This document shows, piece by piece, positions 1 to 11,200 of a stretch of 64,000 bases of DNA. The notes below the pieces were generated by a model. The model had not been told where the DNA came from. It worked only from the letters and a program-made list of their open reading frames with translations, and ran no database searches. A program made the position numbers and the translations under genes. The stretch covers positions 16,554,001-16,618,000 of the forward strand of contig NW_024704751.1 of NCBI RefSeq assembly GCF_018977255.1. Reading direction: 5' to 3'. Source of the DNA: Callorhinchus milii. Taxonomy: Eukaryota. The stretch's first letter is position 1; each line of letters begins with the position of its first letter.

Positions 1-1539
1 AACAACTTAAAATTCCATACAACAGAGATGTAACAACTGCAATAGGAAACACCATTCTTCCCAATGCAATACACTCAACCCAACTAAAAGTTGGGTTTTG
101 CTCAAAGATAGCAATCAAATTATACACCAGCCGCTGCCCGGTCACAACTGTCACTGTAACTATCTAAATATTTTTCTTCTTCAGCCGGGTGTTCAACACA
201 CGTGGAAACCCATCACCATGCTTAAGAGTATCTTGCAGGATTAACAAGAATCCCTGGGGAGAAACCAGTCTGCCTTTCCATGTCCTGCGGATAAGCCAGG
301 CTGACCTGGGCTGTCGTTTGCAGTGCTCTGGGGATCTCCCTGGCTCAGGAACTGGACTGTTGAGATCACCACAGAAGATTCTGTTGCTAAACATGTCACC
401 CTGGAGACAGTTCTGTTCCAAGGAGACTCCGCTTACCTCCCCACCAAGGAGGATACTCACTAAATGGTCATTTGACATCGGGCAAACACTGGTTTGAGCC
501 CTAACTAGGTGGATGGGTACCACAAACTCTCTGCGAGCTTCCCGGTAGACAACACAGCTCACCATGAAATAATAATAATAATAATCCTTGCTTTTCATAC
601 AGCGCTTTTCACGGCTTCTCGACGTCCCGAAGCGCTTCACAGAATATACTGTAAAGTGAATTGACCGTATATTTGTGGGCAAAACGCGGCAGCCAATTGC
701 GCACAGCAGCGTCCCCACAAACAGTCGTGGATTGAAAATGACCAATTTATTATTGTTTTGTTTTGGAGGGATTATTATGAGGCTCTGTGTGGAGTAAGGA
801 AACTTGCCCAAGGTTTCGCCCTCTGCCTGGGATTGAACTCAGGTCTCTCGCTCGCAAAGCGAGAGCTCTAACCACTGAGCCACAGAGACTCCGTGTCACC
901 GTCTTCGTGACCACAGCTCAGGGACACAACCCTTTCAACAACAACAACAAGATTACTTTTTGTACAGAGCCTTTCACGTCGGGAGGACGTCCCGAGGCGC
1001 TTTCCCACTGAACGACGGCTCCCGGCCGCCAGCGGCGGGGGTACAGCTTGAGGGAGCAGCAGCGGTTCGCCCCTCTGCTGCCGCACAAGCAACAACAACA
1101 ACAACAACAAGATTCCATTTATAAAGCGCCTTTCACGTCAGGAGGACGTCCCGAGGCGCTGCACAGTTGGGTCAGCAGGGGGGGAAATGGTCAGGGTGAG
1201 GGGAGGGAAGGGAGGGGGCGAGGAGGGGGGAAATGGTGAGGGTAAGGGGAGGGAAGGGGCGAGGAGGGGGAAATGATCAGGGTGAGGGGAGGGAGGGAGC
1301 GAGGAGGGGGGAAATGGTCAGGGTGAGGGGAGGGAGGGAGGGAGCGAGGAGGGGGAAATGGTCAGGGTGAGGGGAGGGAAGGGAGGGGGCGAGGAGGGGG
1401 AAATGGTCAGGGGGAGGGGAGGGAAGGGAGGGGGCGAGGAGGGGGAAGAGAGTCGAGAGGGGAGCTGAAGGCTGAAGGTCAAAGAGAAAGGCTGAAGCGA
1501 TGAATTCCGCGGCTTTTTTTAAAAAAAAATCGACGTTAC

Positions 1540-1882
1540 CCGCCGCCTCTGCCGCTCTCACCCTCCGAACCAGGCAACGACTCCGCAGCCAGGACCCGGC
1601 CCGGTCCACCCACTGGCGGCCGCTGTACATGTCGATGAAGGCCGAGGCCCTGTGGGCGGGGAGGCTGACCACACAGCAGCAGCAGCAGGAGGAGGAGGCC
1701 GCCGCCGCCTGAGCCCGGGACCGGGTCCGCCCCGGGGCCTGGGGTTGCGGTCGGTGCCGATAGTGGAAACACGCGAAGCCGCCGCTCTCTGTGAACTGCG
1801 AGAAGTAATTCCTGAGGTCGGCGGAGCGCAGGGCGCGCGGGATGTCACAGACCGCCAGACAGACGCAGCCTCTCGCCGCCAT
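1540..1882 (-). CDS. GPATCH3: GPATCH3 coding exon 1, duplicate copy (remaining exons would lie left of the window)
   Basis: MAARGCVCLAVCDIPRALRSADLRNYFSQF...FACFHYRHRP, 343 nt with GTAACG donor; same length as 13235-13577. Confidence 0.85.
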
Positions 1883-3422
1883 CTTTGATCCTGGCGGAGC
1901 GCTGGCGGCACATGCGCACAGCTCGCCCGGCGGGGGCGGAAGGGGAGGGGTTGAACGGTACCATCTTTGATCCTGGCAAACAGGGCCGAATTGGCAACTT
2001 GTCTCTCGATCGCTGGGGGTGTACGTTAGTTTCTCTTTCCCGGCAGCGTCGTGAGACCCTTTGAACTCAAGGTCCGAAAACTTTGCACCTTGGAGTATTG
2101 GACAACATTTTTGAAAAAAAAAACTACACGATGTAAAATACTTGACATAAAATACCAGCGATGCCCGAGAGGGGAATTGCAGTGCTGGGGGAGCGGCTAT
2201 GCTGTCAGTGGTGCCAACCTTCAGATGAGACATGGGGGGGGTGGGGGTCGGGGTCGGAGAGGGTCGAGGGCAGCGGGGGATGAAGATGACCGAAGGCGCG
2301 GTCTTCAAGGAGGCACGGCGGGAGGGGAAGAGGCGGAGGGACTGCGGGATGAAGGTCCAGCGGGCAGGGGCGGAGTGGGCAGAATAATAATAATAATAAT
2401 AATAATCCTTGCATTTGATATAGCGCTTTTCACGTCGGGAGGACGTCCCAAAGCGCTTCACAGAACACACTGTAAAGTGAATTGACTGTATATTTGTGGG
2501 CAAACGCGGCAGCCAATTGCGCACAGCAATGTCCCACAAACAGTCGTAGATTGAAAATGACCAATTTATTATTGTTTTGGGTTTTGGAGGGATTATTATT
2601 AGGCTCTGTGTGGAGTAAAGAAACTTGCCCAAGGTTTCGCCCTGACCTGGAATTGAACTCAGGTCTCTCACTTGCAAAGCGAGTGCTCTAACCACTGAGC
2701 CACAGGACTCCAGAAGGCCCGCCCGTCAATGGTGGGGCGATCGAGGCGGGGGGATGGAGGCGGGGGATGTGTCGCAGGATGGAGCCCGCCGAGCAGAGGT
2801 TGGAAGTGGGTCAGGAGGTCGCGGTGGTAGGGGGAGCAAAGCCATGGAGGCTTGGAAGGCGAGGACCAGGATCTTGAGCTGTATCCTGTGTGTGGTGGGA
2901 AAGCCAGTGGAGTCGGGACTTGTACAAGGTTAGCTCTCATCCAGCGCTTTGGGATGTCTTCCCGACATGAAAGGCGCTCTATAAGGGTAATTTTGTTGTT
3001 GACGTCTGACTTACAAACACAGTCACTATGCTTTGTAGTAACTCCTGCAAAATCCCTTAAGGTATTTTGATAACTTCATAAGCTACTATATCTAATGCAA
3101 GTATTTTTTAATAAAAAAATAAAATGTGTAGTTTGATACAGCAATGTTGTATTTGGTTGCAGAATCATTGCTGCTTGGAGAGGGAGAGCGGCCGAGGTGG
3201 CCGGTGTTGATTTTTAAAGTCTCTGAATTCATTGCAATGGTTTATTTAAATTCCTTACTCAGTAATACCCAACATATGCAAAATACTTTTATTTATGATA
3301 AAAAATAAATTAATACAAAACAAATTGTTCACAAAATGGAGGAGGTAAAATCACAGAGGAAAAGGAGTAGATGAGAGAAGCAGCAGTACCCTAGCTGTTG
3401 ATCTCACTCCCACCCCCGTTCT

Positions 3423-5016
3423 TCATTGCTTGGTGTAAAACATCTGGATGAGCAGCTGGTTTATTTCAGTGCTCCCAATCACAGGCCTGAAAAAGAGCTC
3501 AGTGACAACACCAGCGCTGATGGTTCTCAGTGCAGATACAGTGAGTAAGATAGGGGCTAAGCGGCTTGTATCCTTAGGTTGGAGGGGTACTAGGACCTCA
3601 TGGAGCACTCGCTGGGCTTCCCTTTGCAGGCTCTGGACGTATAGAGTAGCTTGTAGTCCTGGCAGGTCTGGAAAGTACATTAATATAAGAATAATTATCC
3701 TGCATTTTAATAATAATAATCCTCGCATTTGATATAGCACCTTATCACAATCTTGAGACGTTTCACAGCACTTCACAGATTATACTAGAAAGTGAATTGA
3801 TTGTATATTTTGTGGGCGAAACATACTCTTTTACACAGTCTTTATATGTTGAAAGTGTCAAAGTGCTTCACAGGTAATTGCTTTCTACTGCATATTTGTA
3901 GGCAAATAGAGACTTTACCAATCAAAGATAATATACAATAATCCTTGCATTTGATAATGCACTTAAATAATAATAATAACAATTGTATTTGATATAGCAC
4001 CTTATGTCTTCGAGACGTCTCAAAGCGTTTCACAGAATATACTGTAAAGTGAATTGACTGGATATTTCGTGGGTGAAACGCGGCAGCCAATTGCGCACAG
4101 CAGTGGCCCAACATCATATCTTTGAAAAGTCTGTATAATTACTCTGTATTTTGTAGGTGAATACCACAGCAAATTTGCACACAGCGTGACTGGAGTGAAT
4201 GACCGATTGTATTTGAGGGCTTGTTGGCTAGGACACTGGAAGAAACTCACTTCCCCTTTTTTGAATAGAATCATGGATCTTTATTGCCCATCAAAAAACA
4301 GAGAAATGGGACTGAGGTTTAACATCTCATCCGAAAGATGGCTCCTCAATTTAAGTGGAGGAACAAGCACCAGCACCACAAGGGCCAGATGACCTCTTTC
4401 TGCAAGTTCTTTAAATCTGTATCAAGGTCTGCAGGCCCTGCATGCATAGGCAGCACCAGAATAAACACCAGTACTCACCAGCACTGAAGAGAACAGCTCC
4501 CTTCAGGTAAGCAAACTCCTTGGGTGTTAGGTCCAAATCCCAGAACTTGTTCAGGCACAGTTTTATTCTCTGCACATCAGCTATGGAAGGTTGTGTACTC
4601 TCAGCTCCCACCACACCAGGTAGCTCTTTTCCATTCAATAGGAGTCTTTTGAGCAAACTTTGCACTGGGATCTCAACTACCTCAAAATTCACTCCCTCCT
4701 GAGCCAATCCCAGCAGGAAGAGAGGGGCCCAGCATGACCCAGGAGCAACAGCTGGTCCTCTTTGGGTAGATGTGGAATGAAGGGAGATTCTGCATGAAAC
4801 TGACCGTCTTCACGAGTACCTCAATGACTGTGGGACAGGTGATGTGGGGAGTCTTCAGACACACCGTCCTCTTGATTTGACAGTACAGCTGTGATGAGAG
4901 AACTGGGAGTGTGGCTTGACAACAGCCTGCTGGCTGAGGATATTATAGAGGATTGCATTCCGTCCATACCTAGAGGCACAGTGGCACTTATCAAGCAACA
5001 TGTTGACACAAGCCAT
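3423..5016 (-). pseudogene. NR0B2: Second NR0B2 copy with three 1-nt deletions in exon 1 (probably sequencing errors near a contig end)
   Basis: Exon 2 (3423-3667) is intact. Exon 1 (4479-5016) is 538 nt versus 541 nt in the intact copy. Deletions lie near 4883, 4772 and 4740; the first gives ...[12 protein letters not shown]. Confidence 0.7.
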
Positions 5017-5214
5017 GATCCGACCCTTAACTTCTCAAAATCCAGAAGCTCATCAGTGGCCCGACGGATTACTTAAAATCTGATTTTTTTAAAACTTGAA
5101 ATAAAAACTACTAAGCACTTTGTTTCCAAGTCCAGGGTAATTGTATTGTACTGCACCCTACCATCCCTCAGCATAGAATCCTAACCACACACTGTTTCCA
5201 CAGTATTTTATACA

Positions 5215-5244
5215 NNNNNNNNNNNNNNNNNNNNNNNNNNNNNN
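5215..5244. other. Assembly gap (30 N)
   Basis: Run of N seen directly; another single N lies at 30150. Confidence 1.
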
Positions 5245-5360
5245 TTCAGTCATTACTCGTAGCTGCTGGGGAGCACTATCGTAGCCCATTAGTAAGTCGA
5301 AGCTGGAAACGTGGACATGACACAACAACGCTAGTAACTCATCGCCACACAAGCACTGAC
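5245..5360 (-). other. Candidate exon of an unidentified gene, truncated by the gap
   Basis: Minus-strand (CT)n tract followed by gcccctcag|GTCAGTG acceptor at 5361-5362. One frame stays open to the gap (QCLCGDELLALLCHVHVSSFDLLMGYDSAPQQLRVMTE). Confidence 0.45.
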
Positions 5361-5404
5361 CTGAGGGGCAGAGAGAGAGAGAGAGAGATCAGACGCGTAC
5401 TCCG

Positions 5405-6132
5405 GCTCACACTGAACCCCTGGCTACCGGGCCACACCCGGCCCGCGGGCCACACTGAGCCCCGGCCCCGGCCCCTGGCCACCTGACCCGGCCCCTGGGC
5501 CACACTGAGCCCCCCCCGGCCCCTGGGCCACACTGACCCCCCCCCCGGCCCCTGGCCACACTGACCCCCCCCCGGCCCCTGGGCCACACTGACCCCCCCC
5601 GGCCCCTGGGCCACACTGACCCCCCCCCCGGCCCCTGGGCCACACTGAACCCTCCCCCCCCGGCCCGCGGGCCACACTGAGCTCCCCCCCCGGCCCCTGG
5701 GCCACACTGACCCCCCCCCCCCCCCCTGGGCCACACTGAGCCCCCCCCCCGGCCCCTGGGCCACACTGACCCCCCCCCCCCCCGGCCCCCGGGCCACACT
5801 GACCCCCCCCCCCGGCCCTGGGCCACACTGACCCCCCCGGCCCTGGGCCACACTGACCCCCCCCCGGCCCCGGGCCACACTGACCCCCCCCCGGCCCTGG
5901 GCCACACTGACCCCCCCCCCGGCCCCTGGCCACACTGACCCTCCCCCCCGGCCCGCGGGCCACACTGAGCTCCCCCCCCGGCCCCTGGGGCCACACTGAC
6001 CCCCCCGGCCCCTGGGCCACACTGACCCCCCCCCCCCGGCCCCTGGGCCACACTGACCCCCCCCCCCCCGGCCCCTGGGCCACACTGACCCCCCCCCCCG
6101 GCCCCTGCGCCACACTGACCCCCCCCCACCCC
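5405..6132. repeat. GC-rich minisatellite, about 28-32 bp unit GGCCCCTGGGCCACACTGA(C)n, more than 20 copies
   Basis: Tandem units are directly visible; they generate the spurious Gly-rich ORFs at 5339-6210. Confidence 0.95.
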
Positions 6133-6139
6133 GGCTCCC

Positions 6140-6440
6140 GGATCACGCTGAGCCCTCGGGGCCGCCTGAACCACCACCACCACCACCACCACCAGCGGCA
6201 GCGGCGGCATCAGGAGCTCGAGCCCCCGACCGATCCCCCCTCCCGGACCCCCGGGGTAGAGAGAGAGAGAGAGGGAGAGCGCGCGCGTGTGTGTGTGTGT
6301 GTGTGTGTCTCCCTCTCTGCCGCTTCACGGGCGATCAACACCTACCGGACGGCGCGGCTCCGCCAACCCGCTGTAGGCCCGAGGCTGCCCGGGGGCGCAC
6401 TGAGCATGCGCGGCGCCGCCCCCTCAGCCCCCCCCCCGCC
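6140..6440 (-). promoter_or_regulatory. CpG island with probable promoter and short first exon of the unidentified minus-strand gene
   Basis: CpG-dense. NRF1-like GCGCATGCTC on the minus strand near 6403-6412, and donor-like ccg|GTAGGT at 6345. Confidence 0.45.
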
Positions 6441-8271
6441 TCCTCCTCCCCTTCTTGTTGTTGTTGTTGTTTGTTTGTTTGTTTGTTCTGTAAAAAGTTA
6501 ACTGTAATTTCTTCCTTTTTTTTTGTGTGGGTGGTGTGGTGGGGGGGGGAGTGGGGGTGGGTGGGGTGGGGGCTGGTGGGTGCGGGGAGTGGGGGTGGGC
6601 GGGGGGTGGTGGGGGGTGGGGGTGGGCGGGGTGGGGGGGTGGGTGGGGTGGGGGGGTGTCAGAGACTTGTGTCAAGACACGTGCGGGACCCGCCCGCCCA
6701 CCTCCGCCGTGGCTCAAGGCGTCCCCCACCCACACCGGGAAACTCCGGAGAGGTTCTCGGAGGGGAATGTGCGCTCTCTCTCTCCCCCCCCCCCCCGGGG
6801 GAGAGGCGTCCTGCTTAGTTAGTTCCGGAAAGTATGAGGCGCAAGGTTGGCAAGAGCCGAGAATCTTGGGGGTGGTGTGGTGGTTAGGGTGGGGGGGGGG
6901 GGGAGCGTCGGGAGCAACTTCTGGGAGTCTTAACCAACTCACACCGCGAGGCTTGTCGTCGATATCGCTGTCTGGCCAGCCTTCCCGCTGCTTGTCCAGC
7001 CAGGACCACCCGACCCGTTAAAGAGCTTTGGCCTCCAGTGACCGGTCTCTGCCCTTCCACGTCCTGTTGGAAGGGCTGTGCTGTTCATCTGCAGTGCCTT
7101 GGGGGTAATTAGTTCAGGCAGCCGCTCTCCCCTCCTCTTGGAGCATCAGGTCCGGGACAACAGACCTTGTGGAGTCCTGTAGCTCAGCTTTGCAAGCGAG
7201 ACACCTGAGTTCAATTCCAGGCAGAGGGCGAAACCTTGGGCAAGTTTCCTTACTCCACACAGAGCCTAATAATAATCCCTCCAAACCAAAAACAATAATA
7301 AAAATTGGTCATTTTCAATCTACGACCGTTTGTGGGACATTGCTGTGCGCAATTGGCCGCCGCGTTCACCCACAAATTAGGCAATTCACATTACAGTGCG
7401 TTTGTGAAGCGCTTTGGGACGTCCTCCCGACGTGAAAAGTGCTATATCAAATGCAAGGATTATTATTATTATTAACAGGTGATCACAGGCTGTCCTGTGC
7501 TCACAAATGCACTGGAACACTACCGTGTGACGCGGGGTGGGGGCCTATGGTCTGCTTTGGCTTCAGGTGAACACGCCTGAAGGCATCAGAATCAGTTGGG
7601 AGCTGTGCATTGACGCGAAGGATCCAGCTATCCCACGGTCCCCCGATAATTAAATAAATACACTATTCCGCAAGTTTATACAAATTGTTTTTTTCATGTA
7701 CAGCAAAAAATTACACGTCCTTAAACAATCAGTGTTGCTGCCAGTTTACTGTTCTCCAAATAGAAAGAGTGTCATTCAGTCTTAAATAGATATCAGCATT
7801 CCGATGAGTAGATGTGCAGTGTCTCCAGGTTGAGCACAAAGCCATCCCAGGGTCAAATTCTGGTCTGTGCAGAGGAACTGTTCTGAAACAGGGCAGGAGT
7901 TAGGCCGAGCTAGTGAGAGGTCAAATTAGCAAGGATTCCCACTCCTGATCACTGGACTCCCTCACTCCAGGTGCAGGTACACATCAGGTGGAGAACAGAA
8001 TCATCGGCATGATGCCCCCATGAACTAATAGAATTCAATCTTCATGGTCAAGACACAGACATGAAAATTTTTTCCAGGGTGCCAGAGGCACTGGTACCCA
8101 CAGAATGTACCTCCAGTGTATAAAAAAAATTAGAAACGTGTTTGGGGGGAGAAAGTTGTAACAGAACAATTCCAACAAAAAGAGAAGAATTAACAAATCA
8201 CAAGAATTAAGATTTTATTTTGAATGACGATTGATCTCTGGTGACGGTGCTGTAGGGCTGGCAGTTTCTCA

Positions 8272-11200
8272 CTACAATGCGACTGAGTGATGTGTGACAT
8301 GTGAACCCTTTACAAAGGCAACATCCTCTCTGTATTTCATGCTGGTCACCGGCTGCCTCCGAAGCAACGTGTCGCCCTGATCAATACTCTCAGGCTGGTC
8401 GTAAATAGTTGAAATTATGTGACTGGTTTCTCTGCGCAGCCTCTTTGCTGGTTGGTATCTCTGGAGTTTTTCTCCGTGGTACCTGTACAACAAACGCAAC
8501 ATTTTCAGTCAAGAATAAGTAAAAGCAGAGTTCTCAGTGAGACAGAATTGTGTGGTACAAGGCTTATCCATTGGGATGGACTCTTTTATTTCAGGAATCA
8601 GAGTAGAATAAGGTATATCGAAGAGGGCTAAGAATCCAGCGCCTATAGAGATGTAGCCTCTCCCAGGCACAACATTCAATACATTGACAGTTTGGAGCAT
8701 TCAAGAACTACTCACATTGTTACAAACATTCTGCCCCTAAATACTCATTCACTGTAATCACCTTGAGTCCCGCTCAGACATTACATACCCCAGTCCACGT
8801 TTACACTTTGGATGCTGTCCATCGTTTTCCAAAGCATCAGCCATCCCTGAGCTACTGGAGCCTAGGCCAAGACCCTCTGTCCATCCCTGTTTTTCCATTT
8901 CCTTCCTGCCAAAACCCTGGAAAAGAAGGACAGATACTGCAGTGTATGAGTGTCACCGACACAGCCAACTGGTATAAATACTCAGTGTGTGAGACACATT
9001 CAGGAACAGTGTACACCCTTACCTTTGTGTATTTTTCAAAGCTCCCAATACGCAAGGTCTGCACAGAGCCAGATTCCAGACCCTCTCTCAAACGCTGCTC
9101 CAGCCTCATCTGTACATAATCCCGGGAATCTTTATCCCCTCCACCTGTCAAGAGTTTAAAACATTAACTCAAGTATTTGTGTGAACTGACCACAAAATAT
9201 GGATGGTGTCCATTGGAATGGAATCTTTCTCAAAAATCAGAGTAGAATATATCATATCAATGAATCCTGCACATTTCCCAGTCTCAACATGTTGACAGTT
9301 CAGAAAATTCAAGAGCTACTCACATTGTCACAGAGCACACAGATGGTACTCTAATCTCCCTCCACACACTCTGCTTTTATATAGGGATTATATTGTAATC
9401 CCCCAATTCCCTTACAGTTCCGCCTACGTGATCCCTACATAACTGTCACACTCACTGCATCTCCGTTTTGCTAACACAAACTTCATTGATATACAATACA
9501 AAAGGATAATTGATGTACCAGTAGTGCATCAGTAACACTCAGCCACACAATGAACAAATCACCTTGAAATGCTGGCAAGGCCTAATATTATTGCATTTGA
9601 TACAGCGCCTTATCACGAAATTGAGATGCCTCAAAGCACTTCACAGAAATACTGTAAAGTGGATTGACTCGGTATTTTGTGGGCGAAATGCAGCAGCTAG
9701 TTTGCGCGCAGCAATCTCTCATATTCAGCTATGAGTAAGTGACCAATTTTATTTGGGGGATTTGTGGACAGGACACTGGGAGAAACTCCCTTCTCTTTTT
9801 GAATAGTGTCATGGAACCTTTAACATCCATCTAAACAGGTAGACGGGACCTTGTTTTAAAAGTCTAATCCAAAGGATGGCACCTTCCAAGAATGCAACAC
9901 TCCCACAGCTCTGCATTGGTGTATCATGTTAGATTAAGTGATTCCAAGTCCCGACGTGGGCTTGAACCCACATCCTTCTGACTCAGAGCGAGAGCACTAC
10001 CAATGCGCCAGCCTAATATACATGTGGCTAATTCACGCATAATGCTTTCACCGACCCTCACATAATCAGGCCATCTCTTGACATCCCATAACAAAGTGGG
10101 AAGGAAGGGTGGCTATTATTGAAAAACAGTCACTAATTCCACCCATTCATGCAGACTCAAATGCAACAGGGACTTCACATGCTCATACCTTTGTCATAGT
10201 AAACGCTCATATCCACATCCCAGTCATCCGCAGTTTCCTCATCGAAATCTGAAAGACAGTGACAGACCGTTAGCGTGACGTCACAGAATATAATAATAAT
10301 AAGGACCCATCACAGAATCCATCCCTCCCTTGAGGTCTGAAAAGCCCTACCTCCTTCTTCCTGCTGCCAATATTGTGCGTCAGTATAAAATACCAAGCCA
10401 GATCCTCCCTTCTCCCACTTGAGTTCAATCTCTTCTTCAAACAAGCGCTCCTTTGTGCGTTCTTGCGTTGTGACATCCTCGTGCAACGCCTCATGCCTCT
10501 CCCACTCCTCGCACGAATCTTCGTCCTGTTGCACCAGTGAACACAATACAAGAGAATCAAACAGCAAGTCAGTGGGATGAACAAAAGATTTTGGAAAGAC
10601 CTCCATCCCCTCTGTCTGAATATTATTCCAAATTCCAGAGCACAAAGGTTCCTTCACTCCAATGTCTAGATCAAGTCCCATGGTGTGTATGTAGAATCAT
10701 AGAATGTTCAAAGCACAAGACACAATTCAGCTTCTCATATCTGTGCTACTGCTCGTTCCCCAACTAGTGATATCTACTCTAATCTCTCACCAAACCCCCA
10801 TGTTCTACACCTCATTATATCTCTGATCCTCTCCTATCCCCCTCTGCTCAGCTGACAGGCTTGCTGCATGTCCCTGCCCCTTCACGCCACCACCGTTGGC
10901 CGAACTTTCAGCTTCTACGCCCCTATTCTATATGGAACTTGCACCCTCTCTTTCTGTTTTTAATTTCGCCTTGACACCTACCTCTTCGACAGTGCCTATG
11001 GCTACCTCCACCTTCCCCCTTGCTCAGCGTCCAACCCCATTTGCTCTCCCGAGACATTAATCTACTTGAAGGGCGCTGTTTAAATGCAAGTTATTGTTGT
11101 AGTCTGTTTGGTAACATTGCCAAAGTTGGTTTCCTCCCCTTTACTTGGTGTCATCCAGAGGTAGAGCGCTGCTCAATCACACTGTCAAAAGCTTACATTG

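Larger units (their letters stand above)
1..5214. repeat. Near-identical duplicate of about 11692-16914 (GPATCH3 intron 1/exon 1 plus NR0B2); probable haplotig or false duplication
   Basis: Position 1 (aacaacttaaaattccatac) matches 11692. The two copies are colinear up to the N gap and differ only by scattered SNPs, microsatellite length changes and 1-nt indels. Confidence 0.93.

Noticed and set aside
1277-2695. 472-aa ORF
   Set aside because: Chance fusion of SINE, L2 fragment, promoter, GPATCH3 exon 1 and intron; broken in the other copy.
5405-6132. CRISPR-like regular repeats
   Set aside because: No unique spacers and no cas genes; vertebrate context.
5339-6210. Long Gly/Pro-rich ORFs resembling collagen or silk
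   Set aside because: Open in all three frames because the minisatellite lacks stops; no Gly-X-Y register.
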